A stretch of DNA of 64,000 nucleotides, taken from NCBI GenBank assembly GCA_964564285.1, contig CAZMBZ010000001.1:2508-66507 (forward strand), given 5' to 3'. Shown here one piece after another: positions 50,878 through 61,401 of the stretch (position 1 is its first letter; the number at the start of each line of letters is the position of its first letter). A program made the translations under genes and the position numbers. Under the pieces are notes generated by a model, which was given only the letters and a program-made list of their open reading frames with translations, did no database searches and had not been told where the DNA came from. This DNA comes from an uncultured Planctomycetaceae bacterium. Its GTDB lineage: Bacteria > Planctomycetota > Phycisphaerae > SM23-33.

Positions 50878-53733
50878 ATGAGCATGAAAACGAACTTGAT
50901 GGTCGAATTCGCCTCGGCACCGGTGGCAATCGGCACTCGAACGCCGCGTTTTTCCTGGGAAGTTCCCTTGTCTGGACGCGGCCGGCGCCAAACTGCCTAC
51001 CAAATCCTTGTGGCCTCCGCGGCCGAACTGCTTGTTCCCGGCCGGGCGGACCTGTGGGACAGCGGCAAGGTCAGCTCTTCGCAGTCCGTGAACGTCACTT
51101 ACGCCGGCGCGGAGTTGCCTGGCAACACGGACTTCTTCTGGAAGGTCCGGGTTTGGGACGAGGCCGACAGTCCGGCCGGTTTCAGCCAGGTTGAACCCTT
51201 CGGCACGGCGTTTTTCGACGAAGCCGACTGGAAGGGGCAATGGATCGGACTGGGCGATCCCGACGAGCCGGTTTGCGACCACGAGGCGTTCGTGCGGGAA
51301 CTGGCGGCGACACGGGTGACCAGCGGCAACAGCGCCGACGGTGTGGACTGCGAGCAGTACAAGAAACTGGCGTCGGAAGTTGCGGCCTTGGAGCCGAACT
51401 TGCGTTCGCCGCTGCTGCGGAAGGAGTTCTCCGTCGCCGGCCCGATCAAACGGGCCCGAGCCTTTGTTTGCGGGTTGGGGCTCTACGAGTTGCGGATCAA
51501 CGGGGCGAAGGTCGGCGACGACGTGCTGGTGCCGGCTCGGACGGAATTCCGCAAGCGGGCGCTCTACGCCACCCATGACGTGACCTCGAACCTGCGGGCC
51601 GGCGAAAATGCCGTCGGACTGATTCTCGGCAACGGTTGGTTCAACGGGCAGAAGAAGTACTGGAAATGGCAGATGCCCTGGTACGGTTCGCCGCGGGTCA
51701 TTGTCCAGATCGTAATCGAACGCGAGGACGGCGTGACGCAGTGCATCGTCACCGATGGGTCCTGGCAGGGGGCTTGGGGACCCATCACGTTCAACTGCAT
51801 TTACGACGGCGAGAACTACGACGCCCGGGCCGAACAGGAAGGCTGGGACGATCCCGGCTTCGACGCTTCAGCGTGGCGGCAGGTCAATGTGGTTCCCGGC
51901 CCCGGCGGTGCGCTCACACCGGCTGCACTCGAAGCGGACAAAGTGGTCGAGACCTTCAGGCCGGTCTCCATGTGGGAGAGCGGACCGGGGGTGTACGTCT
52001 ACGACTTCGGACGCAACATGACCGGATGGGTGCGATTGAGAATTGTCGGCGGTGTCTCCGGCGGGACCGTGCAACTGCGGTTCGCCGAGCGGATCCATGA
52101 CAACGGCAAGCTCAACCCCGCAACCGCCGGCGGCGCCCGCCAGGCGGACAACTACACCATGAAGGGCGCTGATGAGGAATTCTACGAGCCTCGCTTCACC
52201 TACCACGGTTTCCAGTACGTGGAGTTGACCGGCTACCCCGGCACGCCGGAACTGGACACGGTGGAAGGCTGCTTCGCCCACGCCGACGTGGGGCGGATCG
52301 GCGACTTCGAGTGCGGCCACGAGTTGATCAACAAGATACACCACTGCACCGTCCAGTCCCAACTCTGCAACATCCAGATGGGCGTCGTCACCGACGACAC
52401 CCAGCGTGCCGAACGCCTGGGCTGGTGCGGCGACATCTGGGCGATGGCGAACGAGTCTTACTACAACCTTTGGATGCCCCGCATCTACGCCAAGTGGATT
52501 GACGACTGCCGCGATCAGCAGGATGAACTGGGGATGATCGGCTTTATCACCCCGCTACCGGTCCCGGACGAAGATCTGGTCTGGAGCGCGGCATTCGTGA
52601 TGGTGCCGTGGATGCAGTATCTGCATTGCGGCGACGTAAGGCTTCTCCAGCAGAGCTACCCGGCCTTGCAGCGGTATATCAGCTATCTCGAAGCTACCGG
52701 GACCAGGGAAATCTCCACGTTTCCGTCGGAGGGCGATTTGGCCAACAAACTGAGGTGGCGGTGCAGCAAGGAAGACCGCTTTCCCGCCGAAGCCGACCGG
52801 GGCTACCTGCAGATTGCCAGGTTCGGCGATCACCTGGCCACCAGTGAGGGCGCGTCGGGATTCGGCAAGAATCAGCCCCTTTCGATCGCGACGGCCTTCT
52901 ACTACTTCGATGTCGCCACCATGGCCCGGATCGCCGAGATTCTCGGCAGGGACGCAGACGCGGCGAGATACCACCGGCTGGCCGGGAAGATCAAGGACGC
53001 TTTCAACGAGCGTTTCTTCGACCCCAACTGGGGCTACTACGACGTGGGCTGCCAGAGCGCCCAAGCTTGGCCGCTGTCCTTTGGGATGGTTCCCGAGGAG
53101 CACCGCGAAAGGGTCTCGAACTATCTGTGCAGCAATGTGGACTTCCGTCAGCGGCGACTCACGACCGGGTACGCCGGCACGAAGTGGGCGATCCACGCCA
53201 TGGCTCTGGCCGGCCGAAACGACGCCGTCTGGCACCGGGCCATCGCCACGGACTACCCGAGTTGGGGTTACATGCTGCGCGACCCCATCCGGACCACCAT
53301 CACCGAAAACTGGCACGGCGCCGCCTCGCTTTGCCATACCGCATTGGGGGCGGCGATAGACGAATGGTTCTACTGGGGCCTTGCGGGCATCCAGCCGGAC
53401 GAAACCGGACCCGGGTACGAGAAGATCATCTTCAAGCCGTACCTGCCCGCGGACCTGCCGTGGGCGAGGGCGTCCCTGCGCACCATGCGGGGCACAATCG
53501 TCTCGGCCTGGCGCAGGGATGGCGAGACGGCGTTCCTTACCCTCACCATCCCGGCCAACAGCACCGCGACGGTCCATATCCCGGCGGGGGACGTCGAGCA
53601 AATTACCGAGTGCGGCGTCTCATGCACCCAGGCCGAGGGCGTCGTCCTCCTGCGCTCGGAAAACGGCGAGACCGTCTTCGAGGTTGGCTCGGGAACCTAT
53701 CGCTTCGCATTCCCGGCACCGAGTGTGGATTAG
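50878..53733 (+). CDS. alpha-L-rhamnosidase (GH78), copy 1
   Basis: N-terminal PRFSWEV...AYQILVAS...[12 protein letters not shown]...FFWKVRVWD pattern typical of bacterial GH78. Six-hairpin catalytic-region length. ATG 50878 chosen; the track start 50785 is an upstream extension. Confidence 0.85.
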   Translation: MSMKTNLMVEFASAPVAIGTRTPRFSWEVPLSGRGRRQTAYQILVASAAELLVPGRADLWDSGKVSSSQSVNVTYAGAELPGNTDFFWKVRVWDEADSPAGFSQVEPFGTAFFDEADWKGQWIGLGDPDEPVCDHEAFVRELAATRVTSGNSADGVDCEQYKKLASEVAALEPNLRSPLLRKEFSVAGPIKRARAFVCGLGLYELRINGAKVGDDVLVPARTEFRKRALYATHDVTSNLRAGENAVGLILGNGWFNGQKKYWKWQMPWYGSPRVIVQIVIEREDGVTQCIVTDGSWQGAWGPITFNCIYDGENYDARAEQEGWDDPGFDASAWRQVNVVPGPGGALTPAALEADKVVETFRPVSMWESGPGVYVYDFGRNMTGWVRLRIVGGVSGGTVQLRFAERIHDNGKLNPATAGGARQADNYTMKGADEEFYEPRFTYHGFQYVELTGYPGTPELDTVEGCFAHADVGRIGDFECGHELINKIHHCTVQSQLCNIQMGVVTDDTQRAERLGWCGDIWAMANESYYNLWMPRIYAKWIDDCRDQQDELGMIGFITPLPVPDEDLVWSAAFVMVPWMQYLHCGDVRLLQQSYPALQRYISYLEATGTREISTFPSEGDLANKLRWRCSKEDRFPAEADRGYLQIARFGDHLATSEGASGFGKNQPLSIATAFYYFDVATMARIAEILGRDADAARYHRLAGKIKDAFNERFFDPNWGYYDVGCQSAQAWPLSFGMVPEEHRERVSNYLCSNVDFRQRRLTTGYAGTKWAIHAMALAGRNDAVWHRAIATDYPSWGYMLRDPIRTTITENWHGAASLCHTALGAAIDEWFYWGLAGIQPDETGPGYEKIIFKPYLPADLPWARASLRTMRGTIVSAWRRDGETAFLTLTIPANSTATVHIPAGDVEQITECGVSCTQAEGVVLLRSENGETVFEVGSGTYRFAFPAPSVD

Positions 53734-53749
53734 CCCGAAGCCCCATCAG

Positions 53750-53920
53750 GGCGTGCCAACTGGATTTACGGTTCCCGTACGCGAGGTCCGTGCCTCGGCC
53801 GGGGCGGGCTTCCTCTGCCCGCTGCTGGGCACGATGCGCACCATGCCCGGTCTGCCGAGCCGACCGTCTTTCCTGGATATCGACCTCGACGAGAACGGCC
53901 AGGTCGTCGGAATGTTCTGA
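53750..53920 (+). pseudogene. orphan 3' fragment of fhs (last ~55 codons) created by the duplication
   Basis: Encodes ..[56 protein letters not shown], matching the fhs C-terminus apart from Ser to Thr. No upstream fhs body. Confidence 0.85.
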
Positions 53921-53982
53921 CCGGCGGAAAACAAGACTCACGCTCAGGAAGCGGAGGTCGCCGAGAGCGAAGGACCTGCAAT

Positions 53983-55512
53983 ATGCCTATGGGCACTGAG
54001 TTTACTCGACGAGGGCTTCTAAGGGCGGGTATCGGTGCTTTTGCCGGCGTGGCAGCGGCGGGGGCTGGGCCTTTCAGACTGTCGGCCGCGATAGCGGCGG
54101 CAGCGAGAACCGGCGGCGCTCGCGGACCCAATATCGTGCTGATTTTGGCTGACGATCTCGGCTGGTGCGAGCTCGGCAGCTACGGTCAGAAGAAGATCAA
54201 GACACCGAACCTCGATCGACTGGCCCGGCAGGGCATGCGTTTGACGCGCCACTACAGCGGCTCGCCGGTCTGCGCGCCTTCACGCTGCGTGCTGATGACG
54301 GGCAAACACCCCGGGCACGCCTTCATTCGCAATAACAAGGAGGTCAAGCCCGAAGGCCAATACCCCATCCCCGACGGTGAGACTACGATTGCAGAACTGC
54401 TCAAGCGGCGCGGCTACACCTGCGGCGCGTTCGGCAAGTGGGGGCTCGGGCCGGTCGGCTCGACGGGCGACCCGCTCAAGCAGGGCTTCGATCGGTTCTT
54501 CGGGTACAACTGCCAGCGTCACGCCCATAGTTACTATCCGGCTTACCTGTGGGACAACGACAAGCGCATCGAACTGGACAACAAGCCGCCCGCGCCAGGC
54601 CATGGGCAACTGCCCGCATCCGCTGACTTGAGCGACCCGGCCGCGTACCAGAAATACAAGGGCAATGATTACGCACCGAAGCGCATCGCCGATGAGGTGC
54701 TGGCCTTCATCAGCGAGAACCGCGAGCGGCCCTTTTTCGCTTACTATCCGACGATCATCCCGCACCTGGCCCTTCACGTCCCCGATGATGAACTCAAACC
54801 GTACATGGGCCAATGGGAGGACAAGCCCTTCGACGGGCGCGGCGGCTACACCCCGCACGCAACGCCGCGCGCCGCCTATGCAGCCATGATCAGCTACCTG
54901 GACAAGCAGGTTGGCCGCATACTCGCACTGCTGGACAAACTGCACCTCGCGGATAACACCATCGTGGCGTTCTCATCCGACAACGGCGCCACTTACCTGC
55001 GCGACGTGGATTACCGGTTCTTCCAGAGTGTCGGGCCGTTGCGCGGTTTGAAGGGCTCGATCTACGAAGGCGGCTTGCGCGTGCCGGCGATCGTCCGCTG
55101 GCCCGGGCGAATCAAGCCCGGCTCGATCAGTGATCGAATCACCGGCTTCGAAGACTGGATGCCCACGCTGCTTGACCTGATCGGCAAGTCGGGTCACGTT
55201 CCCGACTGCGCCGACGGACTGAGCTTCGCGCCCACGCTGCTCGGTGAATCGCAGAAGCCCCGGCCATTCCTATACCGCGAGTTCTCCGGTTACGGAGGGC
55301 AGCAGGCCGTGTGGTTGGGGCCTTACAAGGCCGTCCGGCAGAAGCTGGGAAAAGGCCGGATCGACACCGAACTCTACAACCTAAGCGACGACATCAGCGA
55401 ATCGAAGAACGTCGCCGCCGATCATCCCGAGATCGTCAAGAAGACCGAGCGGATCATGGCCGCGCAACACGAGTCGTCAAAGCTTTTTCCGATCAAGGTT
55501 CTGGATCGCTGA
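53983..55512 (+). CDS. arylsulfatase, copy 2 (translation identical to 49254-50783)
   Basis: Same 509-aa translation in the track. Confidence 0.9.
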   Translation: MPMGTEFTRRGLLRAGIGAFAGVAAAGAGPFRLSAAIAAAARTGGARGPNIVLILADDLGWCELGSYGQKKIKTPNLDRLARQGMRLTRHYSGSPVCAPSRCVLMTGKHPGHAFIRNNKEVKPEGQYPIPDGETTIAELLKRRGYTCGAFGKWGLGPVGSTGDPLKQGFDRFFGYNCQRHAHSYYPAYLWDNDKRIELDNKPPAPGHGQLPASADLSDPAAYQKYKGNDYAPKRIADEVLAFISENRERPFFAYYPTIIPHLALHVPDDELKPYMGQWEDKPFDGRGGYTPHATPRAAYAAMISYLDKQVGRILALLDKLHLADNTIVAFSSDNGATYLRDVDYRFFQSVGPLRGLKGSIYEGGLRVPAIVRWPGRIKPGSISDRITGFEDWMPTLLDLIGKSGHVPDCADGLSFAPTLLGESQKPRPFLYREFSGYGGQQAVWLGPYKAVRQKLGKGRIDTELYNLSDDISESKNVAADHPEIVKKTERIMAAQHESSKLFPIKVLDR

Positions 55513-55606
55513 ATTGCTACTTGCCGATCACGTGATCGGTTTTGGAATCGGTAGAAAGGCCCACAGTGGTCATCGACTGGAGGCTATCCGGGAAACCCCG
55601 ATTAGT

Positions 55607-58462
55607 ATGAGCATGAAAACGAACTTGATGGTCGAATTCGCCTCGGCACCGGTGGCAATCGGCACTCGAACGCCGCGTTTTTCCTGGGAAGTTCCCTTGT
55701 CTGGACGCGGCCGGCGCCAAACTGCCTACCAAATCCTTGTGGCCTCCGCGGCCGAACTGCTTGTTCCCGGCCGGGCGGACCTGTGGGACAGCGGCAAGGT
55801 CAGCTCTTCGCAGTCCGTGAACGTCACTTACGCCGGCGCGGAGTTGCCTGGCAACACGGACTTCTTCTGGAAGGTCCGGGTTTGGGACGAGGCCGACAGT
55901 CCGGCCGGTTTCAGCCAGGTTGAACCCTTCGGCACGGCGTTTTTCGACGAAGCCGACTGGAAGGGGCAATGGATCGGACTGGGCGATCCCGACGAGCCGG
56001 TTTGCGACCACGAGGCGTTCGTGCGGGAACTGGCGGCGACACGGGTGACCAGCGGCAACAGCGCCGACGGTGTGGACTGCGAGCAGTACAAGAAACTGGC
56101 GTCGGAAGTTGCGGCCTTGGAGCCGAACTTGCGTTCGCCGCTGCTGCGGAAGGAGTTCTCCGTCGCCGGCCCGATCAAACGGGCCCGAGCCTTTGTTTGC
56201 GGGTTGGGGCTCTACGAGTTGCGGATCAACGGGGCGAAGGTCGGCGACGACGTGCTGGTGCCGGCTCGGACGGAATTCCGCAAGCGGGCGCTCTACGCCA
56301 CCCATGACGTGACCTCGAACCTGCGGGCCGGCGAAAATGCCGTCGGACTGATTCTCGGCAACGGTTGGTTCAACGGGCAGAAGAAGTACTGGAAATGGCA
56401 GATGCCCTGGTACGGTTCGCCGCGGGTCATTGTCCAGATCGTAATCGAACGCGAGGACGGCGTGACGCAGTGCATCGTCACCGATGGGTCCTGGCAGGGG
56501 GCTTGGGGACCCATCACGTTCAACTGCATTTACGACGGCGAGAACTACGACGCCCGGGCCGAACAGGAAGGCTGGGACGATCCCGGCTTCGACGCTTCAG
56601 CGTGGCGGCAGGTCAATGTGGTTCCCGGCCCCGGCGGTGCGCTCACACCGGCTGCACTCGAAGCGGACAAAGTGGTCGAGACCTTCAGGCCGGTCTCCAT
56701 GTGGGAGAGCGGACCGGGGGTGTACGTCTACGACTTCGGACGCAACATGACCGGATGGGTGCGATTGAGAATTGTCGGCGGTGTCTCCGGCGGGACCGTG
56801 CAACTGCGGTTCGCCGAGCGGATCCATGACAACGGCAAGCTCAACCCCGCAACCGCCGGCGGCGCCCGCCAGGCGGACAACTACACCATGAAGGGCGCTG
56901 ATGAGGAATTCTACGAGCCTCGCTTCACCTACCACGGTTTCCAGTACGTGGAGTTGACCGGCTACCCCGGCACGCCGGAACTGGACACGGTGGAAGGCTG
57001 CTTCGCCCACGCCGACGTGGGGCGGATCGGCGACTTCGAGTGCGGCCACGAGTTGATCAACAAGATACACCACTGCACCGTCCAGTCCCAACTCTGCAAC
57101 ATCCAGATGGGCGTCGTCACCGACGACACCCAGCGTGCCGAACGCCTGGGCTGGTGCGGCGACATCTGGGCGATGGCGAACGAGTCTTACTACAACCTTT
57201 GGATGCCCCGCATCTACGCCAAGTGGATTGACGACTGCCGCGATCAGCAGGATGAACTGGGGATGATCGGCTTTATCACCCCGCTACCGGTCCCGGACGA
57301 AGATCTGGTCTGGAGCGCGGCATTCGTGATGGTGCCGTGGATGCAGTATCTGCATTGCGGCGACGTAAGGCTTCTCCAGCAGAGCTACCCGGCCTTGCAG
57401 CGGTATATCAGCTATCTCGAAGCTACCGGGACCAGGGAAATCTCCACGTTTCCGTCGGAGGGCGATTTGGCCAACAAACTGAGGTGGCGGTGCAGCAAGG
57501 AAGACCGCTTTCCCGCCGAAGCCGACCGGGGCTACCTGCAGATTGCCAGGTTCGGCGATCACCTGGCCACCAGTGAGGGCGCGTCGGGATTCGGCAAGAA
57601 TCAGCCCCTTTCGATCGCGACGGCCTTCTACTACTTCGATGTCGCCACCATGGCCCGGATCGCCGAGATTCTCGGCAGGGACGCAGACGCGGCGAGATAC
57701 CACCGGCTGGCCGGGAAGATCAAGGACGCTTTCAACGAGCGTTTCTTCGACCCCAACTGGGGCTACTACGACGTGGGCTGCCAGAGCGCCCAAGCTTGGC
57801 CGCTGTCCTTTGGGATGGTTCCCGAGGAGCACCGCGAAAGGGTCTCGAACTATCTGTGCAGCAATGTGGACTTCCGTCAGCGGCGACTCACGACCGGGTA
57901 CGCCGGCACGAAGTGGGCGATCCACGCCATGGCTCTGGCCGGCCGAAACGACGCCGTCTGGCACCGGGCCATCGCCACGGACTACCCGAGTTGGGGTTAC
58001 ATGCTGCGCGACCCCATCCGGACCACCATCACCGAAAACTGGCACGGCGCCGCCTCGCTTTGCCATACCGCATTGGGGGCGGCGATAGACGAATGGTTCT
58101 ACTGGGGCCTTGCGGGCATCCAGCCGGACGAAACCGGACCCGGGTACGAGAAGATCATCTTCAAGCCGTACCTGCCCGCGGACCTGCCGTGGGCGAGGGC
58201 GTCCCTGCGCACCATGCGGGGCACAATCGTCTCGGCCTGGCGCAGGGATGGCGAGACGGCGTTCCTTACCCTCACCATCCCGGCCAACAGCACCGCGACG
58301 GTCCATATCCCGGCGGGGGACGTCGAGCAAATTACCGAGTGCGGCGTCTCATGCACCCAGGCCGAGGGCGTCGTCCTCCTGCGCTCGGAAAACGGCGAGA
58401 CCGTCTTCGAGGTTGGCTCGGGAACCTATCGCTTCGCATTTCCGGCACCGAGTGTGGATTAG
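55607..58462 (+). CDS. alpha-L-rhamnosidase (GH78), copy 2 (translation identical to copy 1)
   Basis: Same translation in the track. One synonymous difference, TTC versus TTT (Phe). Confidence 0.85.
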   Translation: MSMKTNLMVEFASAPVAIGTRTPRFSWEVPLSGRGRRQTAYQILVASAAELLVPGRADLWDSGKVSSSQSVNVTYAGAELPGNTDFFWKVRVWDEADSPAGFSQVEPFGTAFFDEADWKGQWIGLGDPDEPVCDHEAFVRELAATRVTSGNSADGVDCEQYKKLASEVAALEPNLRSPLLRKEFSVAGPIKRARAFVCGLGLYELRINGAKVGDDVLVPARTEFRKRALYATHDVTSNLRAGENAVGLILGNGWFNGQKKYWKWQMPWYGSPRVIVQIVIEREDGVTQCIVTDGSWQGAWGPITFNCIYDGENYDARAEQEGWDDPGFDASAWRQVNVVPGPGGALTPAALEADKVVETFRPVSMWESGPGVYVYDFGRNMTGWVRLRIVGGVSGGTVQLRFAERIHDNGKLNPATAGGARQADNYTMKGADEEFYEPRFTYHGFQYVELTGYPGTPELDTVEGCFAHADVGRIGDFECGHELINKIHHCTVQSQLCNIQMGVVTDDTQRAERLGWCGDIWAMANESYYNLWMPRIYAKWIDDCRDQQDELGMIGFITPLPVPDEDLVWSAAFVMVPWMQYLHCGDVRLLQQSYPALQRYISYLEATGTREISTFPSEGDLANKLRWRCSKEDRFPAEADRGYLQIARFGDHLATSEGASGFGKNQPLSIATAFYYFDVATMARIAEILGRDADAARYHRLAGKIKDAFNERFFDPNWGYYDVGCQSAQAWPLSFGMVPEEHRERVSNYLCSNVDFRQRRLTTGYAGTKWAIHAMALAGRNDAVWHRAIATDYPSWGYMLRDPIRTTITENWHGAASLCHTALGAAIDEWFYWGLAGIQPDETGPGYEKIIFKPYLPADLPWARASLRTMRGTIVSAWRRDGETAFLTLTIPANSTATVHIPAGDVEQITECGVSCTQAEGVVLLRSENGETVFEVGSGTYRFAFPAPSVD

Positions 58463-58730
58463 CCCGAAGCCCCGCCAAGGCGTGCGGCGGCATCCACGGC
58501 ACGCCCGGTAGCGCGGGTGCCAAAGGTATGGCGAACAGAGGGTCAGAAGGTCAAAGACCCTCTATCGGCCCAAGAAAAGGTTCATGACCCCTCGGCTCTC
58601 CAACCCGGAGGTCGTGGCGGTAAGCGCAAGTAGGGCAATCCGTCGCCACTGCCGGCAGATAACCGGGATTTCTCGGAACTCTTGCGGGCGAGCCGCGTCC
58701 AAGTCCTGGTACGCAAACAGGAGATGGGCT

Positions 58731-61250
58731 ATGCGCAGATCGATGATATTGGCGGCCGGGCTGGTTCTGGTCGGGGCACAAGCTTGGGCGGCCGGTGACG
58801 ATGCGAAGGGCAATTCCTCAAAGACAGCGGCGACTGCAGTCGAGATCGCCAGGCTGATCGAGCAGCTCGGCGGCGAGACGTCAGCCGACCGCAATGCTGC
58901 CCAGAAGGCGATCGAGAAGATGGGGGAGCCGGCCGCTGAGGCCCTGAAGGCCGCCACGACCGACAAAAACGCCGAACGGGCGGCGCGGGCGGAGGTAGCC
59001 CTGCACCAGATCGAAAAGGTGGTCCGCCAGGAGTGGATCCGCAAGACCGACGAGCGAATGTCCGCCGTGCTGCGTGCGTGGAAACAGGCCGGCAAGGCGG
59101 GGCCAGGCGCTGGCGCAAAGGAGATTCGCAGGCTCATCGAGCAGCTTGGCGCATCGATGGCGGCGCAGCGCAGCGCCGCCCAGCAGTCGCTGGTCAAGAT
59201 CGGCCTGCCCGCCGCCGAGGCGCTGACGGCCGCAACGAAAGACGCCAACCTCGAGCGGGCAGCGCGAGCCAAAGCCGCCCTGGCCCAGATGGCCGTTCGC
59301 AAGGAGGATTGGCCCGTCCATTGGCGGAACATGACCTTCTCGTACAGGATCCTCTCGCCCGATCCCAACCAGTGCAAAGCCGTGGGCATTGATTCCGACC
59401 TGCGGGGTGTGTTTATCTGGTGGAACCCGGCTGCCAAGACATTTGCCAAGGCGGAATGGACGCACCCGCAAGAAGATCAAGAAGGACTGCATATGCTGCA
59501 CAGGTCTTTGGGTAAGCGTCGGCCGTGGGTGGCGAGTGAATCGCCTGGCAAGGCCTGGCAGGCCGACAACGCGCGGGTTGAGCTTGTCATCACGTTGGGA
59601 GACCGATTCGCCCGCTTCTGCGAGCCCTGGTCGCCCGGCAACCCACCCGAAGGCTCGCGCATTGTGTCGATCCACACCCTCAACAAGATCCTGCCCCTGC
59701 AGGGCATAGCCCGCAGGGAACTGAGAATTTGGAAGAAGTCGGGCGGGACCCGTCCGGCCGTCGCGGTCACGCGCGGCGAAGGCAAGAAGCCCCAGGTCCC
59801 ACCTGGCGAGTTCGGCGAGGAAGAAGCATTAGCCCAGGCCAAGAAACTCATCGCCGAAGCGCGACGGACCGGCAAGTCGTTGCCGACGGGAGATAGGGAG
59901 CCGCTGGCCTCGGCCGATCCCGCCGGGCCCTTCAACGTCTCGGGGAAGGCCTACACGGCCCAGGCTGCCTACGAGAAGACCTACAACGCTGTCGGGAGGA
60001 ATAGCCGGCCCGGCAAGGCTGCCCCCAACACCCCTGCCGCGCGGGCCGCGTTCGCCAAGGTCGAGCGGATGTACCTCGATGCGATCAAGAAGTTCGGAGT
60101 GAACAAATACGGCGCCTCAACTCAACGGGAGCTCGCCAGGGCCTACCGCTATGCGGGACAAAAGGAGCAATTCAAGGAATGGGGCAACCGGGCCGAGCAG
60201 ACCAAGCTCGTGGCCGCCAAACTCAAAGAACTCACCCGCCGTCGACGCGAGGGCGGCGACTGGCCCGAGCTGGCGGCCGTGATGCGGCTGCTTAACAACC
60301 CGGGCAAGGTCTCGCGGGAGGACCTTGCCGCTCCGCTGGCGGCGTTGGGTGATCGGTCCGACGAGGCCGTCGCCGCGATCACCGAGGAGTTCTGGGCGTT
60401 GGGCTCTCGCGGAGCATATTGCTCGCGCGTAATCACGTCGCTAAGCATTATCGACACCCCGGCCAGCCGGAAGGCCATGCTCAAGCTCGCCCTCGACGGC
60501 GGGCACAAGGACGACCGCGGGCTGATCCGGTCCGCGGCGAGAGCGTATATCAGACTGCTGCCCGACAAGGCCGGCGCCAAGTGCCTGCTGGCCGCCTCGG
60601 ACTCCGACGTGGTCACCCAGGCCATCGGGCATCTGCGCGGCGAGCCAATCGACAAGCCGATGCTCGCCCGCCTGCTGGAACTGATGCGAACCGGCGATCA
60701 CAACATGCGGTTCCAGGTCGTGCAGAACTTCGGCCAGGACCCCGGCGGGAAGTTCATCACCGAGAAGGTCGCCGCCATCGTCAAGGCGATTCCGAAGATA
60801 GCCGGCATGCCCGAGGCCGATAAGACGGCCTGGCCTGCAAATTGGACCAAGGCGGAACTCCGCTATCGGTTGTACTTCGACGCCCTGTCGAAGCTGACCA
60901 ATCCCCCCGAACCGATCGACAAGGCCCTTGCGGCCGCCAAGGAAGGCGACGCGGTATGGCGCTGCCTGGTGCTGGCTCGCGGGCTGGCGGGCGACGCCAA
61001 GGCCCGCCCCGGGCTGCGGAAGATTCTCGCCGACGCCAAAGCGGGGACGTTCCGCGTCTGGGCGTGCGAAGCGCTGGGCAAGATCGGCTCAGCCGAGGAC
61101 CTGCCGCTGCTGCGCGAGACGGCCGCCAAGGACCCCATGCAGCGCAAATGCCGCGGCCACATGGTCCCAAGGAGCAAGGAATTCTTCCACCCCGTCCGCG
61201 AGGCCGCGGGCCGGGCGATCAAGCTGATCGAAGAAGGCAAGGGGGACTGA
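58731..61250 (+). CDS. secreted HEAT/ARM-like repeat protein
   Basis: AGGAG lies 7 nt before ATG 58731. Signal peptide MRRSMILAAGLVLVGAQAWA. Two N-terminal ~90-aa repeats (I.RLIEQLG....R.AAQ......G.PAAEAL.AAT.D.N.ERAARA). C-terminal HEAT-like units (VWACEALGKIGSAEDLPLL, VREAAGRAI). Confidence 0.7.
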   Translation: MRRSMILAAGLVLVGAQAWAAGDDAKGNSSKTAATAVEIARLIEQLGGETSADRNAAQKAIEKMGEPAAEALKAATTDKNAERAARAEVALHQIEKVVRQEWIRKTDERMSAVLRAWKQAGKAGPGAGAKEIRRLIEQLGASMAAQRSAAQQSLVKIGLPAAEALTAATKDANLERAARAKAALAQMAVRKEDWPVHWRNMTFSYRILSPDPNQCKAVGIDSDLRGVFIWWNPAAKTFAKAEWTHPQEDQEGLHMLHRSLGKRRPWVASESPGKAWQADNARVELVITLGDRFARFCEPWSPGNPPEGSRIVSIHTLNKILPLQGIARRELRIWKKSGGTRPAVAVTRGEGKKPQVPPGEFGEEEALAQAKKLIAEARRTGKSLPTGDREPLASADPAGPFNVSGKAYTAQAAYEKTYNAVGRNSRPGKAAPNTPAARAAFAKVERMYLDAIKKFGVNKYGASTQRELARAYRYAGQKEQFKEWGNRAEQTKLVAAKLKELTRRRREGGDWPELAAVMRLLNNPGKVSREDLAAPLAALGDRSDEAVAAITEEFWALGSRGAYCSRVITSLSIIDTPASRKAMLKLALDGGHKDDRGLIRSAARAYIRLLPDKAGAKCLLAASDSDVVTQAIGHLRGEPIDKPMLARLLELMRTGDHNMRFQVVQNFGQDPGGKFITEKVAAIVKAIPKIAGMPEADKTAWPANWTKAELRYRLYFDALSKLTNPPEPIDKALAAAKEGDAVWRCLVLARGLAGDAKARPGLRKILADAKAGTFRVWACEALGKIGSAEDLPLLRETAAKDPMQRKCRGHMVPRSKEFFHPVREAAGRAIKLIEEGKGD

Positions 61251-61401
61251 CGAATAAATCACACACGGCAGCCTCTGGCACCCTTCGCGATCCCCGCCTG
61301 GACGGAGGCCGACCGAGAAACGGGGTCAGCCCTTATTGTAAGAAGGTACTACAAAGCATCCCAGTCTCTTTGGACCACCATTTGCCGTCATGCCCAATTA
61401 T

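Larger units (their letters stand above)
49021..53749 (+). repeat. tandem duplication unit, copy 1 (4,729 bp)
   Basis: Sequence recurs at +4729. All six-frame ORFs in the track are repeated with identical translations. Confidence 0.95.
53750..58478 (+). repeat. tandem duplication unit, copy 2 (4,729 bp)
   Basis: Matches copy 1 apart from a synonymous C/T (53712 versus 58441) and a few mismatches at the unit ends. Confidence 0.95.

Noticed and set aside
53381-53920. 179-aa ORF ending in the fhs C-terminal peptide as a possible new chimeric gene.
   Set aside because: Its first ~120 codons are an out-of-frame Arg/Pro/Ser-rich shadow of the rhamnosidase gene. Only the last ~55 codons are genuine fhs sequence, and no start signal is present. 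It is treated as a duplication by-product.
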